Below are positions 47,474 through 58,085 of a stretch of DNA of 64,000 nt, piece after piece. Where the stretch lies: contig CAYSZK010000005.1 in the NCBI GenBank assembly GCA_964435495.1, positions 9,434 to 73,433 of the forward strand, written 5' to 3'. Every line of letters begins with the position of its first letter. Position 1 is the stretch's first letter. This stretch comes from an uncultured Verrucomicrobiales bacterium (GTDB lineage: Bacteria > Verrucomicrobiota > Verrucomicrobiia > JADLBR01 > JAIBCM01). The notes beneath the pieces are model-generated. The model was not told the DNA's origin, searched no databases, and was given only the letters and a program-made list of their open reading frames with translations. The position numbers and the translations under genes are program-made.

Positions 47474-50128
47474 TCAGGGGGCTTCGGGCTCTTTGGGCCG
47501 CACCACGGCGGTCACGTGGCCGGGGCGGGCGAAGTATTTCGCCGCGGCGGCGGAGGCGTCCGAAAGGGTCAGGGCCGCGACTTTGGCCTCCTGCTCCTGG
47601 TAGAACCGGGGTCCCAGGCCCATCAACTCATCCAGCGCTACGCGCTGGGCGAAACCGCCCAGGTTCTGCCGCTCCATCTTGAGTGCGCCGAGGAGCTTGG
47701 CTTTGGCGCGTTCGAATTCATCCGGTTCGAGGCCGCTTGCCGCGAGCTTTGCCACCTCGTCGAGCAGTTCCGTGACGACATGATCGGCCTTGGCCGGGTC
47801 GCAGCCGGCGTAAAACACGAAATGGCCCGTGCGCAGTCCCTGGCGCTGCGCGGACCCGACGAAATAGGCCAGGCCCTGCTGCTCGCGGATGCGGAGAAAC
47901 AGGCGCGACGCCATGTCGGACAGGGCGTCCTCGATCAGCTCCAGCGCGAACCGGTCGGGACTGTCCACCGCGGCGCCGGGAAACCCGATCTGGACCACCG
48001 CCTGGGCCTTGTCCGCATTTTGAACCACGCGGACGGGTTCGGCGGGATTGGGCGCGGCGAACGGCGGCAGCGCGGGCGGGTCCGCCGCGGCGAACGCGCC
48101 GAACGCTTTTTCGAGCGCGGGTTTCAGGTCACGTTCGGGAAGGTCGCCAAAGAGGGCAACCACAAGATTCCGGCCCGTGCACAAAACCCGGTGGTGGGCG
48201 GCCAGGGCGGCGGGCGTGAGGGCGGCGAGAGTTTCGCGCGTGCCCAGCGGATTGAGCGCGTAGGGATGGCCGGGACCGAAGAGATTCTCCCGAAGCAGAT
48301 TGCGGCAGAGCGCCATGATCTGGTCCTGCTCCTGCTGGATGGCGGCGAGCTGGAGCGCGCGTTCCTTGTCCACTTCGTCCGCGGGATAGGTGGGATGCAG
48401 CAGCACGTCGGCGAGCAGGCTGAGGCCGCGGTCGAGGTCCTTGGAAAGGACGTCCACGGCGGCCACGGTCGAGTTGAGGCCGGAATCCGTGCCGATGGCG
48501 CCGCCGAGATTCTCGATCTCGGCCGCGATTTCCGCGGCGGACCGGCTTTTCGTGCCCTTGACCAGGCACTGGGCGGCGAGGCGGCTGATCCCGTTGTTGG
48601 CGGCGGTTTCGTGGACCACGCCGGACCGGAACGCGGCGCGCAGGGCGATCATCGGCACCTTGGGATTGCGGTGGAGCAACACGCGCACGCCGTTGGAAAG
48701 GGCCACCGCCTCCACGGGCGCGGCCTGAACGGCCGCGGCGGGCGCGGCCGCGGCGGTTTTCAGGGAGCCCTTGGGGTTGAGGGAAGTGACGGTGAGATTG
48801 GCGGGGTCGAGATAATTGCCGGCGGCCCGGAGCACGGCGTCCGCGGTGACCGTGCGGACGCGCTCCAGGTAGCGCTCGGAGAAGTCCAGGGTGCGGGTGA
48901 GGAACCAACTGGTGCCGAGATCGGCGGCCTGGCCGGACATCGTCTGGCTTTGCCGGTAATGGGACGCGAGAAGCTGGTTGCGCGCCTTTTCCAGTTCCGC
49001 GGGCGCCACGGGTTCGCGGCGGACCCGGCCGGCGATATCGAGGATGGCGGCGGCGGCGGCTTCGCGCTTGTCCGGGTCGCAGACGGCGTCCACCCCGAAG
49101 AGGCCGGCCTCGCCGGGCGTGTAACACCACGCATCGACGGCATGGACGAGCTTGCGTTTCTCGACGAGCTCCTGGTGCAGGCGGGAGCTGCGTCCGTTGC
49201 CGAGGACGACGGCGAGGACGTCGAGGGGATAGACATCGGGATGGGTGATGTCGGGGATGTGCCAGGAAACGGAAAGCCGCGTCAGGGCGGTGGCGAATTC
49301 GCGGTGGGCGTCGCGGCGCGCGAGTTGGGCGGGTTCCCGCGGAACGAAGACGTCGGGCAGCGGTCGGCGCGGGTGCTTTTCGAGCAAGGGCGCGATGCGG
49401 GCGCGGACGTCTTCGAAGGCGACGTCGCCAACGACAAGGAACGTGAGATTGTTGGGCGCGTACCGCTGCTGGTAGTATTCGAACACGTCCTGGCGGGCCA
49501 GCCGGTTATAGACGTCCAGGTGGCCGATCACGGGGTAACGGTAGGGATGCGCCGTGTAGGCGGTGTCAAAGTGGAGGTAATGGCTCTGGCGGTCCGGATC
49601 GTCCAGGCCCATGGCGAATTCGCGGCGGATGACCTCCTGTTCGCGGTCGTACTCCGCCTCGGGCAGCGTGGCGTTGAGGACGACGTCGGCGACAACATCC
49701 AAACAGGCCCCCCAGCCGGTCGAGGGCGCGTCTATATAGTACACCGTGCGGTCAAACGACGTGTAGGCGTTCATGTAGCCGCCCGCCGCCTGGACCGTGC
49801 GCGCGATGTCGGCGACGCCGCGGGTCGTGGTGCCCTTGAAAAGCATGTGCTCCAGAATGTGGGAAATGCCGGAGCCGAGCCATTTGCCCTCGTGGATCGA
49901 GCCGGTCCGGCACCAGGCCTGGACGGAAACAACGGGCGCGGACCGGTCCTCGCGGACGATCAAGGTGGCGCCGTTGGGAAACTCGGTCAGGCGCGCGCCC
50001 GGCGCGGCCGCCGGGGAGGGCGCGGCGGGCGGCGCCGCCGCGGCGGGACGGGAATTAACGGGGCGCATGGCTGCCCAGGCGAGAAGGATCGTGAATGCGG
50101 CGGGGAAAACAAGCCAGAGCCGGTTCAT
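47474..50128 (-). CDS. M16 family zinc peptidase, fused active/inactive halves (pitrilysin-like)
   Basis: Inverted zinc motif HILEHMLFKG...E in the N-terminal half; a second M16-like half follows. Signal peptide present. Confidence 0.8.
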   Translation of the reverse strand: MNRLWLVFPAAFTILLAWAAMRPVNSRPAAAAPPAAPSPAAAPGARLTEFPNGATLIVREDRSAPVVSVQAWCRTGSIHEGKWLGSGISHILEHMLFKGTTTRGVADIARTVQAAGGYMNAYTSFDRTVYYIDAPSTGWGACLDVVADVVLNATLPEAEYDREQEVIRREFAMGLDDPDRQSHYLHFDTAYTAHPYRYPVIGHLDVYNRLARQDVFEYYQQRYAPNNLTFLVVGDVAFEDVRARIAPLLEKHPRRPLPDVFVPREPAQLARRDAHREFATALTRLSVSWHIPDITHPDVYPLDVLAVVLGNGRSSRLHQELVEKRKLVHAVDAWCYTPGEAGLFGVDAVCDPDKREAAAAAILDIAGRVRREPVAPAELEKARNQLLASHYRQSQTMSGQAADLGTSWFLTRTLDFSERYLERVRTVTADAVLRAAGNYLDPANLTVTSLNPKGSLKTAAAAPAAAVQAAPVEAVALSNGVRVLLHRNPKVPMIALRAAFRSGVVHETAANNGISRLAAQCLVKGTKSRSAAEIAAEIENLGGAIGTDSGLNSTVAAVDVLSKDLDRGLSLLADVLLHPTYPADEVDKERALQLAAIQQEQDQIMALCRNLLRENLFGPGHPYALNPLGTRETLAALTPAALAAHHRVLCTGRNLVVALFGDLPERDLKPALEKAFGAFAAADPPALPPFAAPNPAEPVRVVQNADKAQAVVQIGFPGAAVDSPDRFALELIEDALSDMASRLFLRIREQQGLAYFVGSAQRQGLRTGHFVFYAGCDPAKADHVVTELLDEVAKLAASGLEPDEFERAKAKLLGALKMERQNLGGFAQRVALDELMGLGPRFYQEQEAKVAALTLSDASAAAAKYFARPGHVTAVVRPKEPEAP

Positions 50129-50613
50129 GCGTCATGGGGTTTGGTCGAGGGCTTCTTTGTTTTGCGGGGTCCGGCGGCCTTGGCGCCGCGGCGCTTCTTG
50201 GCGGGGGGGGCGGGGGAAACCGCGCGCGCGGGCCGGAACGGTTTGAGGAAAGCGTCGTCGAAATCGTAGCCGTTCTTGAAATCCTCGCGGGAATCGTGGT
50301 CGGTCTTGCCCAGGACGCCGGCGTTGACGAGGTTGAAGACGATCTCGCCGAAATCCTCGCAGCGGCTGATGCGCCAATGCTCGAAGACGGTGTGGGCCAT
50401 GGGGCCGAACTCGTGGAGGGCATGGCGGCGGATGCCTTCCAGGAGTTCCTGGCCGTTCACGTGCTGCGCCTCGGGATGCTTCGGGGCGTGCTTGCGGAAG
50501 GTCTTGATGGTCACATCCAGCGCGTCGCGCACAAACAGGTACGCGTCGCGTGGATACCGGGGGTCGGCGCCGACGATGTCGTCGAGCGCGGCGTCAAAAG
50601 CGATTTTGGGCAT
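50125..50613 (-). CDS. Conserved hypothetical protein (basic C-terminal tail), co-transcribed with the M16 peptidase
   Basis: Stop overlaps the peptidase ATG (ATGA); no recognisable domain. Confidence 0.45.
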   Translation of the reverse strand: MPKIAFDAALDDIVGADPRYPRDAYLFVRDALDVTIKTFRKHAPKHPEAQHVNGQELLEGIRRHALHEFGPMAHTVFEHWRISRCEDFGEIVFNLVNAGVLGKTDHDSREDFKNGYDFDDAFLKPFRPARAVSPAPPAKKRRGAKAAGPRKTKKPSTKPHDA

Positions 50614-50966
50614 GGCTGTCTTGGGAAACGATGGTTGCCGGAACCGCCGGGCGCCGGCTCTCGCGCCACGCGCGAACCAGCGCGCCGGTCACGAACACCG
50701 TCACCACCAACAGGATGACGCCTTGTTCTTGTGCGGTCAATCGCGGCATGAACGGCAAATTGCCGCGCGCCGCGCCGCGTGCAAGCCGGAAGTGGGGAAA
50801 ACGGCGCCGCCCCGGGGGATGCCCTGGGGCGGGGTTGCGTTCCCTCACGGGACGGCAACGCCAACGCGGGCAAAGGCGGGCGCGGTTGCGCCGGGAACGT
50901 GGCACTCGGCCTCTTGGGCCGGGAAAGGCGGTTGCTGTTGGCGGGTTGCAGCGGGAGGCGAAGGGC

Positions 50967-51040
<74 letters not shown>

Positions 51041-51162
51041 GCATGGTCCGGCGATGAACCGGATGCGAGGACGCTATCACGCGCCAACCCGAACGCAAGC
51101 GCGCATTGGGTTTCGCGTTCAATAGAAAATGGCGCGCCCCGGACCGGGCGCGCCACGGGCTT

Positions 51163-52569
51163 TCACCCGTGCAACGGCGACCCGTTGAACGCCGCCCAGG
51201 CCGCCTCCTTGACGGCCTCCGCCATCGTCGGATGGGCGTGCATGGTCCGCGCCAGGTCCTCGGCGCTGCCGCCAAATTCCATGAGCGTCACCGATTGGGC
51301 GATCAGCTCGGACGCGTTCGCGGCGACAATGGACACGCCGAGGACGCGGTCGGTGGCGGCGTCGGTGACAATCTTGACAAAACCGTCGGCCATGTCGTTG
51401 GCCAGCGCACGCCCGTTGGCCATGAAACTGAACTTTCCGGCGCGCACCTCGAAGCCGCGCTCGCGTGCCTGTTCCTCGGTCAACCCGACGCCGGCGGCCT
51501 CCGGCATGGTATAGACGACGTTCGGCACGAGATCATAGTTGACGTGGCCCGGTTTCCCGGCGAGCTGCTCGGCCAGCGCCACGCCTTCCTCCTCCGCCTT
51601 GTGCGCCAGCATCGCCCCGCCCACGACGTCCCCAATCGCGTACACGCCGGCCACGCTGGTCCGGAAATGTTCGTCAATCTTGATGAACCCTTTCTCGGTC
51701 AATTCCACGCCAGCCTCCTCCAGGCCGAGATTCTGGGTCGCGGGCCGCCGCCCGACCGCGACGAGCAGGACTTCGGCCTCGAACGCCCGCGCCGAACCCC
51801 CGACCTCCGCGGTCACGGTGACCCCCGCTTCGGTGACCGTCGCCGCTTCGACACGCGCGCCGAGGAAGAACCGCATGCCCTGCTTTTCGAAGGCGCGCTG
51901 GAGATGGCTGGAAACGTCGGCGTCGAATCCGGCGGCGACGCGGGGCAGGAATTCGAGCACGGTGACTTCGGCCCCGAGCCGGTTCCAGACCGAGCCCAGC
52001 TCCAAGCCGATGGCGCCGGCGCCGATGACCAGCAACGAACGCGGCACGGCGCGGAGGGCGATGGCGTGGTTGCTGTTCACCACACGCGCCCCGTCAAACG
52101 CAAGGAACGGCAGGCTCGCCGGCGCCGAACCGGTCGCGATGACCACATGCGCCGCGCGAACCATGACGGGTTCGCCGTGCGCCGGCGTGGCCTCCACCAC
52201 CCCGGGGGCCACAAGCCGCCCGAGGCCCTCCACACGGTCCACGCCGTTTTTCTTGAAAAGGAAGTCGATGCCCCGGGCCAGGCCGGCGACGACCTTTTCC
52301 TTGCGCCGCATCATGGCGCCAAGGTCCAGGCGCACCTCGTCGGCGAGGATGCCGTGGGTGGCGAAGTGTTTGGCCGCGAACGCGAAATGCTCGCTGGAGG
52401 CAAGCAGCGCCTTGCTGGGGATGCATCCCACGTGGAGGCAGGTGCCGCCCATCGCCGCCCGCTGCTCGACCACGGTGGCTTTCATTCCCAACTGCGCCGC
52501 GCGAAGGGCCGCCACGTAGCCCGCCGGTCCGCCGCCCACGATGCAAACATCCGCCTGTCGTTCCGCCAT
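51163..52569 (-). CDS. lpdA: Dihydrolipoyl dehydrogenase
   Basis: [19 protein letters not shown], redox-active [15 protein letters not shown] and C-terminal HAHPT motifs. Confidence 0.9.
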   Translation of the reverse strand: MAERQADVCIVGGGPAGYVAALRAAQLGMKATVVEQRAAMGGTCLHVGCIPSKALLASSEHFAFAAKHFATHGILADEVRLDLGAMMRRKEKVVAGLARGIDFLFKKNGVDRVEGLGRLVAPGVVEATPAHGEPVMVRAAHVVIATGSAPASLPFLAFDGARVVNSNHAIALRAVPRSLLVIGAGAIGLELGSVWNRLGAEVTVLEFLPRVAAGFDADVSSHLQRAFEKQGMRFFLGARVEAATVTEAGVTVTAEVGGSARAFEAEVLLVAVGRRPATQNLGLEEAGVELTEKGFIKIDEHFRTSVAGVYAIGDVVGGAMLAHKAEEEGVALAEQLAGKPGHVNYDLVPNVVYTMPEAAGVGLTEEQARERGFEVRAGKFSFMANGRALANDMADGFVKIVTDAATDRVLGVSIVAANASELIAQSVTLMEFGGSAEDLARTMHAHPTMAEAVKEAAWAAFNGSPLHG

Positions 52570-52629
52570 GAATCCAGCCTAGCGGGACTCCGCCACAAGG
52601 AAAGCGGAGGCTTCACGGACCGCCCATTT

Positions 52630-53883
52630 TTATGCCGGGCCCCGGTCCCGCCCCCGGCTCAGGAACCAGCCGGCGAGCATCGGCCCCCAGAGCAGGGCCA
52701 GCTCCCAGCCATGCAAACGCCATGGGCCGCCTTCTGTGTGGACGCGGTGCTGGAGCAGGAAATAGGCGAACACACTGGCCGCGCCGAACCGCCACGCCCA
52801 GTTGCCCGTCGCCACCGCCAACGGCATCGCCCACGTGAAGTACCACGCGTGCACCATCGGCGAAAAAAGATAGACCACCATCAGCGACGCCTCCGCGTAG
52901 CGCGCGACCCGGCGCTCGCGCCACAAGAGCCAAAGATGCCCGGCGGCAAGCGGAATTAGGAAAAGCCAGTTCATCCGCTGGGTGGGCGCCCAGATTTCCT
53001 CGAGAACGCGCGGCGCAAGATCGGCGCTGCGCGCGTGGAGGGCAAACTCGCTCGGGAAGCGCCATTCCCAAGGCGCGGGAAGCAGGGCCAGGCCCGCCAG
53101 AAACGGCAGCGCCGCGAGGGCCGCCCCGGCCAGCGCCGCCTTCCCGCCGCGCTCGCGCCATGTCCGCCACAACATGAAGCCCAGCAGCGGCGCCGTAAGG
53201 AACTTGAGCGCAAACGCCGCGCCGCCCAACAGCAGCGCCGCGGGACGGCCCCGCCCGTCCGGACGGTCCCACGCCAGCCAGGAGGCGGTCATCGCGCACA
53301 CAAACCACGCGTCGTAATGGGCGCCGCCCGTGAAACAGTAGATCACCAGCGGATTCCAGCCGTACACCGCGGCGCGCGCGGGTCCAAACGCCCGCGCGAG
53401 CATCGCCAGCACCAGGAGGTCCGACGCGAACACGGAAATCCTGATGGCCGCGACCGAGGGCGCGGGAAACGCGAGCAGCCGGAAGCCGATCTGCGCCAGG
53501 GGCGGATAAAGGGAGCTGGCGTCTTGGTTGTTGATCCAGGCCCACCACGGCGTGCGGAACGCGGCGAGCGCTTCGGCGCCTGGCGGGTGGGCATACGGAT
53601 TGACGCCCCGCCATTGCAGCATGCCCTCCCACAGGTAGCGCCACACATCGTCCCCCGGATGCATCCAGAACAGCGGCGCACGCGCCGCCACGGCCACGGC
53701 AAACAGCCACGTCCACGACGGCGGCGGCGCCCACAACCCGGCGCCGAATCCCGCCGCCATCAGCCCCGCGCCCAGAAGGAACGGGGGCACGGCGTTCGGA
53801 ACCGTGAAGTCACCCCAAGGCGCCATCACAACCGCGCCGGCCACAAGAAGCGCAGCGGCCAGCAAGGTCGTCCGCGCCGCCAT
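52630..53883 (-). CDS. Polytopic membrane glycosyltransferase-like protein (DUF2029/GT87-like)
   Basis: ~10 predicted TM helices and a Trp/Tyr-rich membrane core. The start is ambiguous (53883 or 53970). Confidence 0.5.
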   Translation of the reverse strand: MAARTTLLAAALLVAGAVVMAPWGDFTVPNAVPPFLLGAGLMAAGFGAGLWAPPPSWTWLFAVAVAARAPLFWMHPGDDVWRYLWEGMLQWRGVNPYAHPPGAEALAAFRTPWWAWINNQDASSLYPPLAQIGFRLLAFPAPSVAAIRISVFASDLLVLAMLARAFGPARAAVYGWNPLVIYCFTGGAHYDAWFVCAMTASWLAWDRPDGRGRPAALLLGGAAFALKFLTAPLLGFMLWRTWRERGGKAALAGAALAALPFLAGLALLPAPWEWRFPSEFALHARSADLAPRVLEEIWAPTQRMNWLFLIPLAAGHLWLLWRERRVARYAEASLMVVYLFSPMVHAWYFTWAMPLAVATGNWAWRFGAASVFAYFLLQHRVHTEGGPWRLHGWELALLWGPMLAGWFLSRGRDRGPA

Positions 53884-53971
53884 CTCTTTCTTCTGGGCGC
53901 CGGAGCCGCGGTTCGCAAGCCGGATTCCCGCGTATCGACGGACTGGCCGTCGTGGACTATAGTCGGTCACA

Positions 53972-54056
53972 GCCCGGGTGGCGAAATGGCAGACGCAAGG
54001 GACTTAAAATCCCTTGGCCCGGAAGGGCCGTGCGGGTTCGAGTCCCGCCCCGGGCA
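53972..54056 (+). tRNA. tRNA-Leu (anticodon TAA)
   Basis: Acceptor GCCCGGG/CCCGGGC, anticodon loop CTTAAAA, long variable arm GGCCCGGAAGGGCC, T-loop TTCGAGT. 85 nt. Confidence 0.85.
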
Positions 54057-54199
54057 GCTTTTCCCCGATCCCGATGCCCCGCGTGGGTCCGGTCCGACGC
54101 CACAATGCCCGCGAAAACCGCCGGAGCGTCGGACGCGACGCCTCCTTACCCGCTTTCCTTCGCGATTGTAAGGCTCCCCCTTTTGCGGCCCCTCATGTT

Positions 54200-54395
54200 C
54201 TTCGCGGTGAAACAACCGCCTCCCCCTCCGTGCGCTCCGCGTCCTCCGTGGTTAAACCGCCCCCTTCGTGGACTTCGTGCGCTTCGTGGTGAAAAACCCC
54301 CGTCCCCCCTCCCCCTCCGTGTACTCCGCGTCCTCCGTGGTTAAACCGCCCCCTTTGTAATCTTCGTGCGCCTCGTGGTGGATGCCCGGTCCTCC
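54200..54395. repeat. ~85-bp direct repeat, 2.3 tandem copies, immediately downstream of tRNA-Leu
   Basis: Units 54200-54281 and 54282-54370 are near-identical (CTTCGyGGTGAAA...CTCCGCGTCCTCCGTGGTTAAACCGCCCCC...), with a partial third unit. Confidence 0.75.
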
Positions 54396-54428
54396 GCGGG
54401 AGCGCCGCGCTTCGCGCTCGCGCGCGGG

Positions 54429-54668
54429 TCAGGCCAGCCGGGCGTGAGCCCCGTCGCAGAACGGTTTGGCGCCGGAATGTTTGCAGCCGCACCAGGCGAC
54501 CGTTCGCGCTTCGGGGATTTCAACCTTCATGGGGGCCATGCCCGTGCCCTTGTGCGACCCGTCACAGAACGGCTGGGCCTTGGAAAGCCCGCAAGCGCAC
54601 CACCACTTTGCGCCCGGCTCTTCCGCCTGCACATACGGCCCCCGCTTGGCTATGGTTGGCTCCGCCAT
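54429..54668 (-). CDS. CDGSH iron-sulfur domain protein (two CDGSH-type motifs)
   Basis: [16 protein letters not shown] and [16 protein letters not shown]. Confidence 0.8.
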   Translation of the reverse strand: MAEPTIAKRGPYVQAEEPGAKWWCACGLSKAQPFCDGSHKGTGMAPMKVEIPEARTVAWCGCKHSGAKPFCDGAHARLA

Positions 54669-54694
54669 GGATTCGCCTATTTTGTGGGACTGGT

Positions 54695-55459
54695 TCAGAC
54701 CTTGGTCGTTTCTTCCTTGTCGTCGTCCCCTTCGTCCTCGTCACCCAGGCGGGGTTCGTCGGTGTTGAGCAAGACCGGATTGATCACGTCGTCGGGATGG
54801 TAAATGACGCGGCTGGGGATCGGTATGGCGCTTATGCCGCCGTTGGGGAAGGGCGCTTCGCCCGCCGCGCCCTCCATTCCGCCGCCGCCCTCAAACGGCG
54901 AACCGTCCGGACCCGACATCGGCGCTTCGCCAGGCGCCAAGCCGGAGCCGAGCCCCGTCAGGTTGGTGGGGTCGGTGTCGGGGCTGGGGGGAATTGGCCG
55001 CTGCGTCGGTGAATCCAGGCAGCGCCAATACACCGTCGCCGTCGATTCATCGGTTGCGTCCAAGTAGTAGGCATCGGCCTGGGTTCCCGGCGCCCACCTC
55101 ATTCCAGGCGGAATTGTGCGCTTGTTGACCTTGAGGTTGCCGATCAACCCGGACTCCACCGCCACCAAGTCCGGAATGCCGGCGCCAATTTTCACCGAGA
55201 TGCTCTTGGGGTTGGACGGCGCCGGCGAAAGAACGGCGACCAGCAGCCCGTTGGCGTCCTCGCCGAAGCTCAACAGAAATTCCTGGCCGTCGGCCGACAC
55301 TTGCACGCCCACGCTGCCCACCGGCACCCGCAGCACTTCCTGGCCGGCGTCGGAGGAAACGACGCACTCGGCGCAAGACGGGAGCTTCAATTCCACGCCG
55401 TGGGCCGCCGGGATAAAAGCGATTACAGACAGGAGAACAACTACCGGCCAAGCTTTCAT
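54695..55459 (-). CDS. Secreted hypothetical protein with acidic C-terminal tail
   Basis: Signal peptide [21 protein letters not shown]; no recognisable domain. The ORF extends upstream to 55645. Confidence 0.45.
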   Translation of the reverse strand: MKAWPVVVLLSVIAFIPAAHGVELKLPSCAECVVSSDAGQEVLRVPVGSVGVQVSADGQEFLLSFGEDANGLLVAVLSPAPSNPKSISVKIGAGIPDLVAVESGLIGNLKVNKRTIPPGMRWAPGTQADAYYLDATDESTATVYWRCLDSPTQRPIPPSPDTDPTNLTGLGSGLAPGEAPMSGPDGSPFEGGGGMEGAAGEAPFPNGGISAIPIPSRVIYHPDDVINPVLLNTDEPRLGDEDEGDDDKEETTKV

Positions 55460-55565
55460 GACGCTTTCCGTGTAGGCCCGATCTCTCTCCGACGCAAGAC
55501 CTTTTTCTGGACCAGCATTCCCGCGGTCCAGCGGTCCGGCCTGGGAACCGCCGTCGCCGCGGGCA

Positions 55566-56564
55566 TCAACAAATCCGGCCCCGCTTCCCCGCGAGCCCGT
55601 GCCCCGGCGGATTCGGCCCGATCCAGCGCTCGTCCGCGGGCTCATCCGCGGGCTGGTACCGGGTGTCGGTCGAAAGCCGGACCCGGTCGGAATGATTGTC
55701 CAAACTCGCGTGGATCAGGTCCATCCGGAACGTGATGAAATCCCCCACATGCCACTCTTCCGCCGTCAGCCAACGCGCGCCAAACTTCGACGGCAACGAA
55801 TCCGGCCGCCGCGACAGCCAGCCGGGGAACGACCATTTCCCATCCCTCGCCACCTTTTCCACTTCCTCGGGACGGTTCTCGCAGTATCCGTCCACGTCCT
55901 TGCCCAGGTACTCCCGAATCCGGTGCGCCTGCTTGTGGCTTTGTTCCAGCAGGATCAATCCCCCCACCTCCAGCGGGATGTCGCCATACGGAATCCAGCA
56001 GGTCATCAGCCGCCGCGACCCACGGCCCATGTACACCCAGTCGCAATGCGACGGCGTCCCCATCCCCGGTCCCATCAGCCGCAGCCAGATGAAATCAAAA
56101 TGGCGGATCGGCCCGCCAAAGAAGGTCTCGTAAAACCCGCAAATCTCCGGCCCAAACACCACCCGCGCGATTTCCGCGTTGGCCAGCGCCAGGTCCGGGC
56201 GGAACGCCCCGGCCTTCCCCTCCGGATTCCGTTTCCCCGCGCCCGCCTCTTTGAACACCGGCGCCGCATCCAGCTTGAACGCTTCCATCCGGTCCGGATG
56301 CACAATCCCGTCCATCAAATCCCGGTCCGGGTCCAGCTCGCCGGCCTCCGCCAGCCGCTCCATGATCGAACGCCGCCCCGCCAGAATCAGCTCCGGATCG
56401 AAGAACTCCTTCACGTAAAGGTAGCCGTCCTCCTCGACCCTGCGCCGCAGCTCGGCGGGGTCGTCCAGCGCGTCGTTGGCGGGCTCCAGAAACCCGAACG
56501 CGGCGGGTTCCGCGGACAACGGACAGTTGAGCGAGCTGAGGGCGGACAATTCGGAAGTTTTCAT
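55566..56564 (-). CDS. Phytanoyl-CoA dioxygenase (PhyH) family Fe(II)/2-oxoglutarate oxygenase
   Basis: H-x-D ... H facial triad candidates (PSHCDWVYM; DLIHASLDN) and PhyH-like length and pattern. Confidence 0.6.
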   Translation of the reverse strand: MKTSELSALSSLNCPLSAEPAAFGFLEPANDALDDPAELRRRVEEDGYLYVKEFFDPELILAGRRSIMERLAEAGELDPDRDLMDGIVHPDRMEAFKLDAAPVFKEAGAGKRNPEGKAGAFRPDLALANAEIARVVFGPEICGFYETFFGGPIRHFDFIWLRLMGPGMGTPSHCDWVYMGRGSRRLMTCWIPYGDIPLEVGGLILLEQSHKQAHRIREYLGKDVDGYCENRPEEVEKVARDGKWSFPGWLSRRPDSLPSKFGARWLTAEEWHVGDFITFRMDLIHASLDNHSDRVRLSTDTRYQPADEPADERWIGPNPPGHGLAGKRGRIC

Positions 56565-56621
56565 GGCGGCTAATAGCATGAACGCTCCAGCTAATAAAAG
56601 AATGGAGGGTTTGGCCTTAGC

Positions 56622-57485
56622 ATGTATGTTTTGGGAAGCATGGTTCTCCCCGATTCGTTCCGCACCCGCGTCGTGCCGCTCCCCGCCGCCCCAACTCCCC
56701 TCGGCAGGCTCGCCTTAGGCGGCGCCTGCCGCGACACCGCGGGCACGGGGTTCCGCGCCTTCCGCGAGTTCGGTTTGTATGCCCTGGTGCTGCTCCTGGA
56801 AGGCAACGGACACTACCGCGACGCCGCCGGACGCCGCGCCGCCCTCGAACCCGGCAGCCTCATCTGTGTCTTCCCGGAAATCGGCCACCAATACGGCCCC
56901 GATCCCGGCCGCCGCTGGCGCGAAATCTACGTGGCGTTCGAGGGCGGCCCGTTCGACGCCTGGCGCAAGGCCGGCGTCCTCGACCCGGCCCGCCCCGTCC
57001 GCAAGGCCGGCCCCGTCGAATTCTGGTTCCAGCGCCTCTCCGAAATCTGCGACCCACGCGTCCCCGCGCCCGAAACCCTGGCCCGGCTCCATCTTTTCAT
57101 CGCCCAGGCCCTCGCCGGCGAACCCGCGCCCTCGGACCTCGCCTGGCTCGGCCTGGCCCGGCGCCGTCTCGAAACGGTCCAACCCGACGCCGCGGCCGGA
57201 CTCCAGGATATCGCCCGCGAATGCGGCTTGTCCTACGAAAGCTTCCGCAAAAAATTCCGCCGCGCCACCGGCCTGGCGCCCGCCGCCTATCACCGCAAAC
57301 AGGTCATGGACCGCGCCGCCGCGCTCATGCGCCGCGCGGACATCACCAACGCCGAGGCCGCGGAGCAGCTCGGGTTCTGCGACGAATTCCACTTCTCCAA
57401 AGCCTTCCGCCGCGCCTTTGGGAGGAGCCCCTCGGCCTTCCGCAAGGCGCCGCGGAGGAGTTTGGAACGGCGGGAAAAACCCTGA
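56622..57485 (+). CDS. AraC family transcriptional regulator (cupin + HTH), divergent from the PhyH oxygenase
   Basis: C-terminal AraC HTH (IARECGLSYESFRKKFRRATGLAPAAYHRK ... FCDEFHFSKAFRRAFGRSP). Confidence 0.7.
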   Translation: MYVLGSMVLPDSFRTRVVPLPAAPTPLGRLALGGACRDTAGTGFRAFREFGLYALVLLLEGNGHYRDAAGRRAALEPGSLICVFPEIGHQYGPDPGRRWREIYVAFEGGPFDAWRKAGVLDPARPVRKAGPVEFWFQRLSEICDPRVPAPETLARLHLFIAQALAGEPAPSDLAWLGLARRRLETVQPDAAAGLQDIARECGLSYESFRKKFRRATGLAPAAYHRKQVMDRAAALMRRADITNAEAAEQLGFCDEFHFSKAFRRAFGRSPSAFRKAPRRSLERREKP

Positions 57486-58085
57486 TCCCAAAGGGCGGGG
57501 AGGCCGCGGAAAGGGAACGAGTCTCCCACGGAGCGGGGAATCCGGTCTGTGACCCCATCGGCGTGCCTCCCCGGCAACCGCACCCCGGGATTCCAGATTC
57601 CACAACGCTCAAGAGCGGTTCGGGGGGCGTGGCTGGCCGGGGCGGAGGCCATTCATAACCCGTCGCTGGCATGGCGCACGCTGCCGGGGGTTGTCGCCGC
57701 CAACCGGGAAAGCGGGATTCTCACCCCGGCCACCGCGATGATCGTCGTCGAGTCCGACTCGCAATGGAAAATCCTCCAGGAACGCGAAAAGCGAAAGCTT
57801 CGCGGCAAAGCGGGCTTGGAACACCGCGACGCACCCGAGCCGTCGGTCTGGCTGCTCGCCGCCTGCCTTGCCGCCCTGTTTTCCGTGACGGCGATCCGCA
57901 AGCGCCGCTTTGGATCATTTCACGCAAGCCATTGGCCGCAAACAAGAAACGGCCCGGCATGAATCGGAGGGAAACCTTCGCACATCTGCCCTGGCGACGT
58001 TGACACGCGTAACAACGCGGTTTTGGCCGAAATCCGCGCTCAGTTCCGTTGACTTTGCGCCCCGGTTTCCTGTTCTGGCGGAGTT

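Noticed and set aside
47228-50269. 1013-aa plus-strand ORF antisense to the M16 peptidase
   Set aside because: The M16 zinc motif and signal peptide on the minus strand are clear; the plus-strand product is low-complexity.
53972-54428. Integrated element or prophage at tRNA-Leu
   Set aside because: There is no integrase, no duplicated tRNA 3' segment (att repeat) and no phage-like genes downstream; only short tandem repeats.
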